Positions 28,899-37,809 of a stretch of 64,000 nt of DNA are shown one piece after another. This DNA comes from an uncultured Ignavibacteriaceae bacterium (GTDB taxonomy: Bacteria; Bacteroidota; Ignavibacteria; Ignavibacteriales; Ignavibacteriaceae). The DNA is taken from positions 1,819 through 65,818 of the forward strand of contig CAYMUL010000018.1 of NCBI GenBank assembly GCA_964393605.1, read 5' to 3'. The position numbers were made by a program, and so were the translations under genes. Numbering within the stretch: the first letter of the stretch is position 1; each line of letters begins with the position of its first letter. The notes beneath the pieces are model-generated. The model had not been told where the DNA came from, searched no databases, and saw only the letters and a program-made list of their open reading frames with translations.

Positions 28899-29881
28899 TG
28901 AAAAAAATATTTTTAATTTTAGTTTTATTTCTTTTAACGACTGAAAATTTTGCTCAGTTATTTCCGGTTTTAGGCGGACAGCGAGCAGGAATTTCCACAG
29001 CGCAATTTCTAAAAATCGGAGTTGGCGGAAGAGCTTCAGCACTTGGCGATGCCTTCGTTGCAATTGCAAATGATGCTTCCGCGCTATATTGGAATCCCGC
29101 CGCTCTCGTTCAGTTTCCGCAGAACGAAATAATTTTTTCTCACAATAGTTGGGTCGCAGATATCAATCATCAATTTGCAGGAATAGTATATCATCTTGAC
29201 GAAACAAATTCCTTCGGTTTAGCCATCACTTCTTTAACAATGGATGATATGAAAGTTACAACAGAGTTTGCGCCATTCGGTACCGGCGAATATTTTACAG
29301 TAGGCGATTTTGCACTTGCATTTTCTTACGCAAGAAAGATGACGGATAAATTCAGTTTCGGCGGAACGATTCGTTACATCGATGAAACTTTAGCAGAACT
29401 TAAAATGCGCGGCGTTATGATCGATCTTGGAACATATTATTGGACAGGACTTGGAACATCGCGCTTTGCAGTTGCAATGACAAACTTCGGGAATAATCTT
29501 GCACCGGACGGAAAAGTTACTCTCGTCGGAAAAAGAGAAGTTAGCCAGTGGCAATCTTTTTCGCCGCCGACGATGTTCAGAATCGGTTTTGCGTTCGATC
29601 CATATCTCACCGATGAACAAAGGGTTACAACGTCATTGCAGTTAAATCATCCGAACGACAACAGCGAAAATTTTTCCACAGGAATTGAATATGCTTATCG
29701 AGAAATATTTTTCATTCGGGGCGGATATAAATTCAACGTTGAAGAACAAAATTATTCTTTCGGCGCGGGAGTGTTTGTACCAATTTCTTTTGCAACCGTA
29801 ACATTTGATTATGGCTATTCCAATTTTTCACGGCTCGGTTCGTCGCATCGTTTATCAATTTATCTTGGAATGATGCCATGA
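28898..29881 (+). CDS. PorV/PorQ-family outer-membrane beta-barrel protein
   Basis: Signal peptide. The hallmark GGRASALGDAFVAIANDASALYWNPAAL matches the PorV/PorQ N-terminal signature as I recall it. An alternating beta-strand pattern runs to the C-terminus. TAATG overlap with the receptor gene. Confidence 0.7.
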   Translation: MKKIFLILVLFLLTTENFAQLFPVLGGQRAGISTAQFLKIGVGGRASALGDAFVAIANDASALYWNPAALVQFPQNEIIFSHNSWVADINHQFAGIVYHLDETNSFGLAITSLTMDDMKVTTEFAPFGTGEYFTVGDFALAFSYARKMTDKFSFGGTIRYIDETLAELKMRGVMIDLGTYYWTGLGTSRFAVAMTNFGNNLAPDGKVTLVGKREVSQWQSFSPPTMFRIGFAFDPYLTDEQRVTTSLQLNHPNDNSENFSTGIEYAYREIFFIRGGYKFNVEEQNYSFGAGVFVPISFATVTFDYGYSNFSRLGSSHRLSIYLGMMP

Positions 29882-30954
29882 AACTGAAAATATTTTTCAT
29901 CTCTTTAATTTTCTTTTTTGGCTGTTCCGAAAAATTTGATCTCAATCAATTCACACTCGATAAAGGAAAGGGAAATCTTTCCGGCGATACAGTTTATGTT
30001 CAATTATCTCCTGTATGGGGCGGCTTTAACAAACCGCAAGATATAATCGTCGGCAGAGAGCCCTTTATTTATGTGGCTGATACCGATAACGACAGAATTG
30101 TTATGATGAATCTTGACGGGCGAATTCTCGGTACGAGAACAATCAAACGTCCTGTAGCAATTGCACAAGATTATTTTTTGAATTTAATTGTCTGCGCGCA
30201 GTTTGATACGATTGTTAGCGGTGCGACAAAAACTTTTTCCGCAGTTTATAAACTCGATATGGTTTCGGCGAATCACCAAATTGAAACTGCAAACATTAGC
30301 CGGTTGTTGCCTGCAAGCAGTTCAGATTTCGGAAAACCGGATAGAGAATACACGGGCGTTGCAGTTTTTTACAATAACACTTTTGTTGTTGCAAGAAGAG
30401 GTCCGCAAAATACTAGCATTTTCGATCCTGATAATTCAATCTTAATTTTTACTCCGAAAAAATATATCAACGGAGGCGAAGGAGATTCGCTGATGGGAAG
30501 AGTTGCAAACATTGATCCTTTGAGTTCGGGATTAGTTTCGGCGAATCAAATTAGTTCTCTCACTTCTTTCAGCAAAAGAAATATCGATATGCTCGTAACG
30601 ATGATCGGACAAAATAGTTTTAAAACACAATGGCTGACTTACGTAGTAACTCCAATCTCCGAAAATTATGAGAGTAAATTTTCACCTGCGGACGGCGTAT
30701 CATTTTCTTTACCAAATAAATTTTCGCAACCGGAAGGAACAACTATTGATGCGGCAAATAATATCTTCGTCGCAGATGCGGGAAAAGACAGCATATACAA
30801 ATTCAATTCTTTCGGAGATGAAATGGAATCCTTCGGAGGACCAACTATTTTTAATAAACCGCACGCCGTTGCTTTCTTCGACAAAACACTTTACGTTGCA
30901 GATACCGGAAACAATCGGATTCTGCGTTTCATTCTTTCAACGGATTTACGATGA
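29878..30954 (+). CDS. NHL-repeat beta-propeller lipoprotein
   Basis: Lipobox LIFFFGCSE. NHL-type repeats: YVADTDNDRIVMMNLDG, FVADAGKDSIYKFNSFG, YVADTGNNRILRF. ATGA overlaps on both sides. Confidence 0.7.
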   Translation: MKLKIFFISLIFFFGCSEKFDLNQFTLDKGKGNLSGDTVYVQLSPVWGGFNKPQDIIVGREPFIYVADTDNDRIVMMNLDGRILGTRTIKRPVAIAQDYFLNLIVCAQFDTIVSGATKTFSAVYKLDMVSANHQIETANISRLLPASSSDFGKPDREYTGVAVFYNNTFVVARRGPQNTSIFDPDNSILIFTPKKYINGGEGDSLMGRVANIDPLSSGLVSANQISSLTSFSKRNIDMLVTMIGQNSFKTQWLTYVVTPISENYESKFSPADGVSFSLPNKFSQPEGTTIDAANNIFVADAGKDSIYKFNSFGDEMESFGGPTIFNKPHAVAFFDKTLYVADTGNNRILRFILSTDLR

Positions 30955-33269
30955 CAAAATTTTTTTTCTACTTTCTTTCATTCATTTCATTCGCGTACGC
31001 TCAAACTGTCGTGCCGATTGCAAATCTTCGTAACAATAATTCAAGCGGAGTTCCTGTAGATAGCGGTTCAATTGTTATTGTTGAGGGAATCGCGACTTGC
31101 ACAAATCATTACGGGAATAATGGTCCCGGTGCAATTCAAGATTTAACTGCCGGTATTTCTGTGTATGGAAGTATGTTTGCAAACGCTGTGCAAATTGGCG
31201 ACTCGATTCAAGTAAAAGGATTTTTAACGCACTTCAGCGGATTAACGCAAATCGATTTGACGAAGCCCGGTGGCTTGGTTACTGTTAAATCTTCGAATAA
31301 ACATTTTGATACAGTGGTTGTTACAATTGCACAAATCAAAGCGCAACAATGGAACGGATATGAAGATTTTGAAAGCAGAATTATCAGGATCAATAATGTT
31401 ACAATTTCTGGAAGCGGAAATTTTGCGTCAGGAACAAATTACAACATCACCGATGCCACAGGAAGTTTATCCTCCGGCTTCAGAATTGATAATGATGTAA
31501 CTTCAATTATCGGAACACCGATTCCAACCGGACAAGTCGATGTTGTTGGAATTCTCGGACAGTTTGATAACAGCCGTCCCTACAGTTCGGGATACCAAAT
31601 TCTTCCGCGAAAAATTTCGGATATAATTTATGACGGCTCGCCGGTAATTTTAAATCCGGTTCTCGCTGCAAATATCACAACTTCTTCATTCACAGTTTAT
31701 TTTACAACTGCAAGAAAAGGCAACAGTCAGGTGAAATATGGATTAACACCGGCACTTGAACTTGATTCGGTTGTAATAAACAACGACACTACAGATCATG
31801 TTGTACAAATTACGGGGTTGCAATCATCAACGAATTATTACTTTAAAGCAATTTCAAAAAATTCAATTGGGACAAGCAGCAGCGACATCAAAACAGTTTT
31901 TACCGCATCATTAAATCCGTCGGCTGGCGCAATAAATGTTTATTTTAATTTTCCCGTTGATACCACAGTTTCAATTCCCGGCAATGCCGCAAAAGGAAGT
32001 ATTAATATCACACAAAAATTAATTGATCGAATTAATCTTGCTAACTATTCAATTGACCTCGCATTGTACAGTTTTTTTGGGATGCCCGATGTTGCCAGCG
32101 CACTTGTCGTTGCAAAGAATAGGGGAGTGAAAGTCCGCGTTGTTTATGATAGCCGAACAACACAGAACAGCATGCAAACCTTGATTGACGCGGGTATTCC
32201 CGTTTCAAAGCGTCCGACTTCACTTGACGGAATTATGCACAATAAGTTTTTTGTTTTCGATGCAAGAGATACGAATGTTACAAATGATGTAGTTTGGACA
32301 GGCTCATTCAACGTTACATCTACTGAAGCCGGATGGAAAAATAATGTAGTTGAAATTGAGGATGCAGGAGTTGCTTCGGCATATTTAAATGAGTTTAACG
32401 AAATGTTTGGCAGCAGCGGAGATGTTCCGAATTCTTCCGCCGCAAAATTCGGAAGTCAGAAATCGAATAACACTTCACACAATTTTGTTGTGAATGGGAA
32501 ATCGGTGAAAGTTTATTTTAGTCCGTCAGACGGAACTACTTCGCAAATAATTTCGGCAGTTAATTCATCGAACTATTCAAATTATTTTGCAATGTATGCA
32601 TTCACGAGATCGGATATTCAAAATGCAATGTACAGCAGATTTAGCGCGGGTGCGAATGATATTCGCGGTATCATTGATCAAGTGAACACGAGCGGCAGTC
32701 AATATAATGCACTCGCCGCATATGCACAGATGTTTGAGAGTACAAGTCCGACACAACACCACAAGTATTGCATTGTTGATGCATCCTTCCCTGCATCAAA
32801 TCCAACTGTTATTACTGGCTCTCACAATTGGTCAAACGCCGCAGAACAGGACAATGATGAGAACACTCTTTTCATCGATGATATTTATATCGCAAATCAA
32901 TTTATGCAAGAATTTAAAAAACGTTACAATGAAGCCGGTGGGACAGGTACATTTATCATTCCTGTTGTCGGAGTTAAAGAAAAAGAAAATTTAGTTGACG
33001 GATTTTATCTTCATCAAAATTACCCCAACCCGTTTAATCCTGTTACGACAATAAAAATAGAAGTGAGTAAAAGAGATTTCGTTTCGCTTAAAGTTTTTGA
33101 TGTACTCGGTAAAGAAGTTGCGACGCTTTTTAGTGGAGAAGTTGAACCTGGAATTATTGCAGTTGATTTCAATTCCGCTTCCTTCAACAATATCTCCAGT
33201 GGAATTTACTATTACAAATTAGCGACTTCCTCCGGCAGTGTTGTTCGTAAGATGATGATGGTGAAGTAA
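30951..33269 (+). CDS. T9SS-sorted phospholipase D-family (two HKD motifs) phosphodiesterase/nuclease with nuclease-type N-terminal beta-barrel module and FN3-like domain
   Basis: Signal peptide ending FAYAQT. N-terminal module VPIANLR...GSIVIVEGIAT...GISVYGS...GDSIQVKGFLTHFSGLTQIDL. HKD1 HNKFFVFD (32238-32261) followed by GSFN. HKD2 HHKYCIVD (32757-32780) followed by GSHNWS. T9SS CTD QNYPNPFNPVTTI...GIYYYKL...RKMMMVK* (about 33000-33266). Confidence 0.8.
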   Translation: MTKFFFYFLSFISFAYAQTVVPIANLRNNNSSGVPVDSGSIVIVEGIATCTNHYGNNGPGAIQDLTAGISVYGSMFANAVQIGDSIQVKGFLTHFSGLTQIDLTKPGGLVTVKSSNKHFDTVVVTIAQIKAQQWNGYEDFESRIIRINNVTISGSGNFASGTNYNITDATGSLSSGFRIDNDVTSIIGTPIPTGQVDVVGILGQFDNSRPYSSGYQILPRKISDIIYDGSPVILNPVLAANITTSSFTVYFTTARKGNSQVKYGLTPALELDSVVINNDTTDHVVQITGLQSSTNYYFKAISKNSIGTSSSDIKTVFTASLNPSAGAINVYFNFPVDTTVSIPGNAAKGSINITQKLIDRINLANYSIDLALYSFFGMPDVASALVVAKNRGVKVRVVYDSRTTQNSMQTLIDAGIPVSKRPTSLDGIMHNKFFVFDARDTNVTNDVVWTGSFNVTSTEAGWKNNVVEIEDAGVASAYLNEFNEMFGSSGDVPNSSAAKFGSQKSNNTSHNFVVNGKSVKVYFSPSDGTTSQIISAVNSSNYSNYFAMYAFTRSDIQNAMYSRFSAGANDIRGIIDQVNTSGSQYNALAAYAQMFESTSPTQHHKYCIVDASFPASNPTVITGSHNWSNAAEQDNDENTLFIDDIYIANQFMQEFKKRYNEAGGTGTFIIPVVGVKEKENLVDGFYLHQNYPNPFNPVTTIKIEVSKRDFVSLKVFDVLGKEVATLFSGEVEPGIIAVDFNSASFNNISSGIYYYKLATSSGSVVRKMMMVK

Positions 33270-33270
33270 C

Positions 33271-33880
33271 AATTGACAATAGAGAATGGAGAATGGTGAA
33301 TTGGAAAAGTAGTTGTGTTAGTGCTGCTTCGTGCCTTGGTGCCTTTGTGGCATTCCTGTGAAGAATTAAAAATTACAAATTAAAAATGAATTTTGCTCTG
33401 CGTCTTTGCGGTTAAAAAAAAAGATGGCAACGGGACTTCGTAGAGTAAGTTTAAGTTTAAGAGTAAGTGTAAAAAGAAAAGAATTGAGAATGGAGAATTG
33501 GAAAAATAGTTGTGTTAGTGCTGCTTCGTGCCTTGGTGCCTTTGTGGCATTCCTTTGAAGAATTAAAAATTACAAATTAAAAATGAATTTTGCTCTGCGT
33601 CTTATCGTCTTTGCGGTTAAAAAAAAAGATGGCAACGGGACATCGTAGAGTAAGTGTAAGTGTAAGTGTAAGAGTAAGTGTAAAAAGAAAAGAATTGAGA
33701 ATGGAGAATGGAGAATTGTGAATCAAAAATTCCTTGGCGTTGCTTGGCGAACTTGGCGGTTAAAAAAAGCAGATGGTTACTTGGGCAAAGCAGAGAAAGA
33801 TAAAGATAATGATAAAGATAAAGAGAAAGGGAAAAGGAATTGAGAGTGGACAATCGTAAATAATAAATTATAAATTCCTC
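33271..33880 (+). repeat. tandem array (about three units of 190-210 bp) of modular intergenic repeats built from doubled 6-9-nt words
   Basis: The 25-mer agttgtgttagtgctgcttcgtgcc occurs at 33311 and 33508 (period 197). Units 33282-33480 and 33481-33691 are near-identical except for whole-word indels (+cttatcgt, +gtaagt). A third variant unit at 33691-33880 is collinear with 60940-61112. Confidence 0.9.
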
Positions 33881-33971
33881 ATGACTTTGTTCCAATTTCC
33901 TCTTCACTACTGAAATTCAAAAAAAAATATTATAGACTAGTTTAACGGAATAAACTTTCTTATTTCTTACG

Positions 33972-33979
33972 TATATTTG
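33972..33979 (+). promoter_or_regulatory. candidate -7 promoter box TATATTTG upstream of pyrG
   Basis: Exact TAnnTTTG match with 17 nt between the box and the pyrG ATG (33997). Confidence 0.3.
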
Positions 33980-33996
33980 AGCCCAAAAAGAAATTA

Positions 33997-35622
33997 ATGA
34001 GTGCAAAGAAAAAAGTAAAATTTATATTCGTAACCGGCGGAGTCGTATCTTCGCTCGGGAAAGGTATCGCAGCTTCATCACTTGGTTTATTATTAAAACA
34101 ACGTGGATATAAAGTAACTATCCAAAAATTTGATCCATACATTAACGTCGATCCCGGCACGATGAATCCGTTTCAACACGGTGAAGTTTATGTTACCGAT
34201 GACGGCGCAGAAACAGATCTTGATCTTGGTCATTACGAACGTTTCCTCGATGTCAGCATGACTTCATCAAATAATACAACCACCGGACAAGTCTACAATG
34301 AAGTAATTACAAAAGAAAGACGCGGTGAATTTTTAGGCGCTACAGTACAAGTCATTCCTCACATTACCGATGAAATAAAATCTCGTATGAAACGCCTGAG
34401 TGAACTCGGCGATTATGATATCATCATTACTGAAATTGGTGGAACTGTTGGTGATATTGAAAGTCTGCCTTTTATTGAAGCAATGCGTCAGATGATGTTA
34501 CAAATGGGGAAGAAGAATGCACTATCAATTCATGTAACATTAGTGCCTTACATCCAAGCGGCGGGAGAAGTTAAAACCAAACCGACGCAGCACTCCGTCA
34601 AAAATTTATTGGAACTCGGAATTCAACCTGACATTTTAGTATGCAGAAGTGAAACAAAACTTGGTAAAGATATTCGCGAAAAAATTGCTCTCTTCTGCAA
34701 CGTAGAAACACAATCTGTAATTTCTGCTTACGATTGCGCAAGCATTTATGAAGTCCCGATAAATTTTTATAAAGAGAAAGTAGATCAAATAGTTTTAAAG
34801 AGACTTGGACTACCGGATAGAAAAATCAAACTTAATGAGTGGGAAGTTTTTGTTGATCGGGTGAAAAAGCCAACGCATAAAGTTGAAATAGCGATTTGCG
34901 GAAAATATGTTGAACATCTCGATGCGTATAAAAGTATCATAGAATCCTTTATTCATGCGGGTGCAGAGAATGACGCAAAAGTTAGCTTGAGATGGATTAA
35001 CGCAGAAAATTGCACAGATGAAAATGCACCGTTACTTTTGAAAGAAATCGATGGTCTTCTCGTTCCCGGTGGTTTTGGTGAAAGGGGAGTTGAAGGAAAA
35101 ATTTCTGCAATCAAATTTGTACGTGAAAATAATATTCCTTTTTTCGGAATTTGTCTCGGGTTACAATGTGCAGTCATCGAATTTGCACGAAACGTATGCG
35201 GAATTTCTTCTGCGAATAGCTCCGAGTTCAAAAAAAATCGTTACTCGGTAATTGATATTATGCTCGATCAAAAAAATGTTAAAAATCTTGGCGGAACAAT
35301 GCGACTTGGCGCGTACCCTTGCATAATCGACGAGGGAACTATTGCAAAGGATGCATACGGTGCCGAGTATATCACGGAACGGCACAGACATAGATATGAA
35401 GTAAATAATAAATTCAGGAACAATTTAATATCTCACGGACTAAAGTTAAGCGGTTTGAGTCCGAACAAAGAATTAGTCGAAATTATCGAACTACCATCTC
35501 ATCGTTGGTATTTGGGTTGTCAATTTCATCCTGAACTAAAATCGCGTGCAACAAATGCGCATCCATTGTTTCGAGATTTCGTGAAGGCGGCACTTAACTA
35601 TAATAATGAGAGAAGAAAATGA
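33997..35622 (+). CDS. pyrG: CTP synthase
   Basis: [55 protein letters not shown], and the GATase region GICLGLQ...HRHRYEV. Confidence 0.97.
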   Translation: MSAKKKVKFIFVTGGVVSSLGKGIAASSLGLLLKQRGYKVTIQKFDPYINVDPGTMNPFQHGEVYVTDDGAETDLDLGHYERFLDVSMTSSNNTTTGQVYNEVITKERRGEFLGATVQVIPHITDEIKSRMKRLSELGDYDIIITEIGGTVGDIESLPFIEAMRQMMLQMGKKNALSIHVTLVPYIQAAGEVKTKPTQHSVKNLLELGIQPDILVCRSETKLGKDIREKIALFCNVETQSVISAYDCASIYEVPINFYKEKVDQIVLKRLGLPDRKIKLNEWEVFVDRVKKPTHKVEIAICGKYVEHLDAYKSIIESFIHAGAENDAKVSLRWINAENCTDENAPLLLKEIDGLLVPGGFGERGVEGKISAIKFVRENNIPFFGICLGLQCAVIEFARNVCGISSANSSEFKKNRYSVIDIMLDQKNVKNLGGTMRLGAYPCIIDEGTIAKDAYGAEYITERHRHRYEVNNKFRNNLISHGLKLSGLSPNKELVEIIELPSHRWYLGCQFHPELKSRATNAHPLFRDFVKAALNYNNERRK

Positions 35623-37118
35623 AAAAAATTTATTTCATCTTCTTTTTTTTGGGCACATTCACGTTCGCACAAAACGGAATGAACACACTAATTTCAGAGG
35701 GACTAAATTACTCATATAATTTTCAGAACAGTAAAGCACAAAATTCTTTTAAACAGATAATTAAAAAGTATCCTTCATTTCCTCACGGTTACCATTATTA
35801 TTCAACGCTTTATCTTTGGAAGTATCTCAGTAATTCGCAAAAAGAAGATTTAGAATTATTCCTGGCTTACAGCGATTCCGCAATTGCAAAAGGGAAAAAG
35901 AAACTTTACGAGAATGGAAAAGATGCGGAGATACAATACATCATTGGTGCATCCTATGGATGCAGAAGTATTGCACTCGGCAAATCCGAGAGTTACCTGG
36001 AAATGATTTGGGCTACTCGGCAATCCGAATCTTATCTTGAAGACGCACTCGAAAACAATTCCGAATTATACGATGCGTATGTTGGATTAGGATTATTCAA
36101 GTTTGCTTTGAGCCGTGTTCCATCTGCATTTAAGTGGGCTTTGAGTGTGATTGGTTTTGACCCCGACCAGGATGAAGGATTACGATTGCTGAATTTAACA
36201 GCACAGAAAGGTCGGTTCGCTAAAGTTGAGGCGAAATATTATCTCGCACAAATCTATTCCGAATATTTTCAGGATTATGATTCTTCGGAAAAATTATTGC
36301 GAGGATTGAATAATGAGTATCCGGAGAATTTATTGTTCCTTTATTCGCTCGCCGTGAATGAAATGAAACGAAGAAATCTTAATCATGCAGAAAAATTACT
36401 TCTTAAAATAAATTCACTCCACAATAATTTGTATCCCCAGATCAATGCATTCACAGTATTTCTTTTAGGCGATATAAATTTCAGAAGAAACAGTTTCAAA
36501 AAAGCTGAAAGTTATTATAAGTCGTTTATCGAAATAGCACCCGATTACAATTACACCGGAATTGCTAATCTTCGGCGCGGTATTTCTCTTCTTTTCGAAG
36601 GAGACGATAATGAAGCAAAAATTTCTTTTGAAAAAGCAAGGAAGGGAAATACAACTCTTGACGATGACGCATACGCCGCTAAGAAAGGATTTCTCTGGCT
36701 AAAAAATTCGCCGAATGAAATTGATTTAACTTTGATTCGGATGGAGAATAATCTTGAAAACAAAAAATATAAAATTGTTTTTGATTCACTCTCACTTCTT
36801 CTCGATTCGTTAAAAAATGAAAGACACATCGCATACGCAAGAATACTGCTTTCGGATGCCGCCTTCCATCTGAAAAAATATGACGACGCGCTAAACTTTG
36901 CGGTGCTTTCATTTCAACATAAAATTCATGAAGAGTCTTGGATTGCCCCCACCGGTTATGTGTATAGTGCGAAAGCATTAATCGAAAAGAAAAATTTTAC
37001 ACGTGCGAAAGAATTTTTGGATGATGCAGAAAAACTTAGCGACTACGATTATGCCTCAAAGATAAAAAGTATGATCGCATCGTTGCGTCAAAAAATTTTA
37101 GTACAAAAATCCGATTAA
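35619..37118 (+). CDS. secreted TPR-like repeat protein, function unknown
   Basis: Signal peptide ending FTFAQN. The helical repeat composition resembles TPR throughout. ATGA overlap with pyrG. Confidence 0.5.
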   Translation: MKKIYFIFFFLGTFTFAQNGMNTLISEGLNYSYNFQNSKAQNSFKQIIKKYPSFPHGYHYYSTLYLWKYLSNSQKEDLELFLAYSDSAIAKGKKKLYENGKDAEIQYIIGASYGCRSIALGKSESYLEMIWATRQSESYLEDALENNSELYDAYVGLGLFKFALSRVPSAFKWALSVIGFDPDQDEGLRLLNLTAQKGRFAKVEAKYYLAQIYSEYFQDYDSSEKLLRGLNNEYPENLLFLYSLAVNEMKRRNLNHAEKLLLKINSLHNNLYPQINAFTVFLLGDINFRRNSFKKAESYYKSFIEIAPDYNYTGIANLRRGISLLFEGDDNEAKISFEKARKGNTTLDDDAYAAKKGFLWLKNSPNEIDLTLIRMENNLENKKYKIVFDSLSLLLDSLKNERHIAYARILLSDAAFHLKKYDDALNFAVLSFQHKIHEESWIAPTGYVYSAKALIEKKNFTRAKEFLDDAEKLSDYDYASKIKSMIASLRQKILVQKSD

Positions 37119-37187
37119 TTATTTCCTTTTCGTTGCTTATTACTGCTTAAATCGGTAATTTCGCAACCATCTTTTGAAGTTGCTGAT

Positions 37188-37799
37188 TTGAATATTGTTG
37201 TCTTTGTTTCCGGCCGAGGTTCCAACCTAAAAAACATAATAAATACTCCGGAACTTCACGACCTAATCACCATAAAATTTGTTGTTAGTAACGTATCCGA
37301 ATGTGGCGCATTTGAAGTTGCGCGTCAATCCGATATTGAAACTATTGTTGTTCGTGAAGGTGAAAATCATAACGCAATAAATTATTTTCAGCTGCTTGAA
37401 ATCTTTGATAAAAACTCGATTGAGTTGGTTGTTCTCGCTGGATTTTTGAAATTGATTCCGAAATTTTTTATTCAACATTTTTCGGGCAAAATAATTAATG
37501 TTCATCCTGCTTTACTTCCGAAGTTCGGAGGAAAGGGGATGTATGGAATCAATGTTCACACTGCTGTGTTCAACTCGGGCGAGAAAAAATCAGGGGCTAC
37601 TGTGCATTTCGTGAATGAGAAATACGATGAAGGAAGTATCATTCTTCAAGAGTGTGTTGATATTACAAGATTAAATTCTCCCGTAGAAATTGCTTCGGAA
37701 GTTTTGAAAGTTGAACATAGAATCCTTCCTTTTGTTATCATGAAGTTTGCACAAAATAAAATTGAAATGAAAAACGGACGCGTTAATATTTTAGACTAA
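37188..37799 (+). CDS. purN: phosphoribosylglycinamide formyltransferase
   Basis: VFVSGRGSNL, VLAGFLKLIP, INVHPALLPKFGGKGMYG, ATVHFV. TTG start. Confidence 0.9.
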   Translation: MNIVVFVSGRGSNLKNIINTPELHDLITIKFVVSNVSECGAFEVARQSDIETIVVREGENHNAINYFQLLEIFDKNSIELVVLAGFLKLIPKFFIQHFSGKIINVHPALLPKFGGKGMYGINVHTAVFNSGEKKSGATVHFVNEKYDEGSIILQECVDITRLNSPVEIASEVLKVEHRILPFVIMKFAQNKIEMKNGRVNILD

Positions 37800-37809
37800 T
37801 AAGGTATCA

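Noticed and set aside
33847-33874. Sigma-70-like promoter inside the repeat (TGGACA-N16-TATAAA) facing pyrG
   Set aside because: The -10-like hexamer is not conserved in the other copies: 61081 has TTGACA but no good -10 at 16-18 nt. AT-rich context makes such hexamers frequent. The lineage probably uses a different consensus.
33271-33880. Possible CRISPR array, given tandem repeats in an intergenic region
   Set aside because: The units are about 200 bp and contiguous, with no unique spacers between short identical repeats. There is no palindromic 25-40-nt repeat and no cas genes in the window.
33617-33907. 96-aa minus-strand ORF in the pyrG upstream spacer
   Set aside because: It is made of translated repeat words (YTYTYTYS, LYLYHYLYLS). 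It shares EFIIYYLRLS with the ORF at 60953-61138 only because both read through the same DNA repeat. It has no start context.
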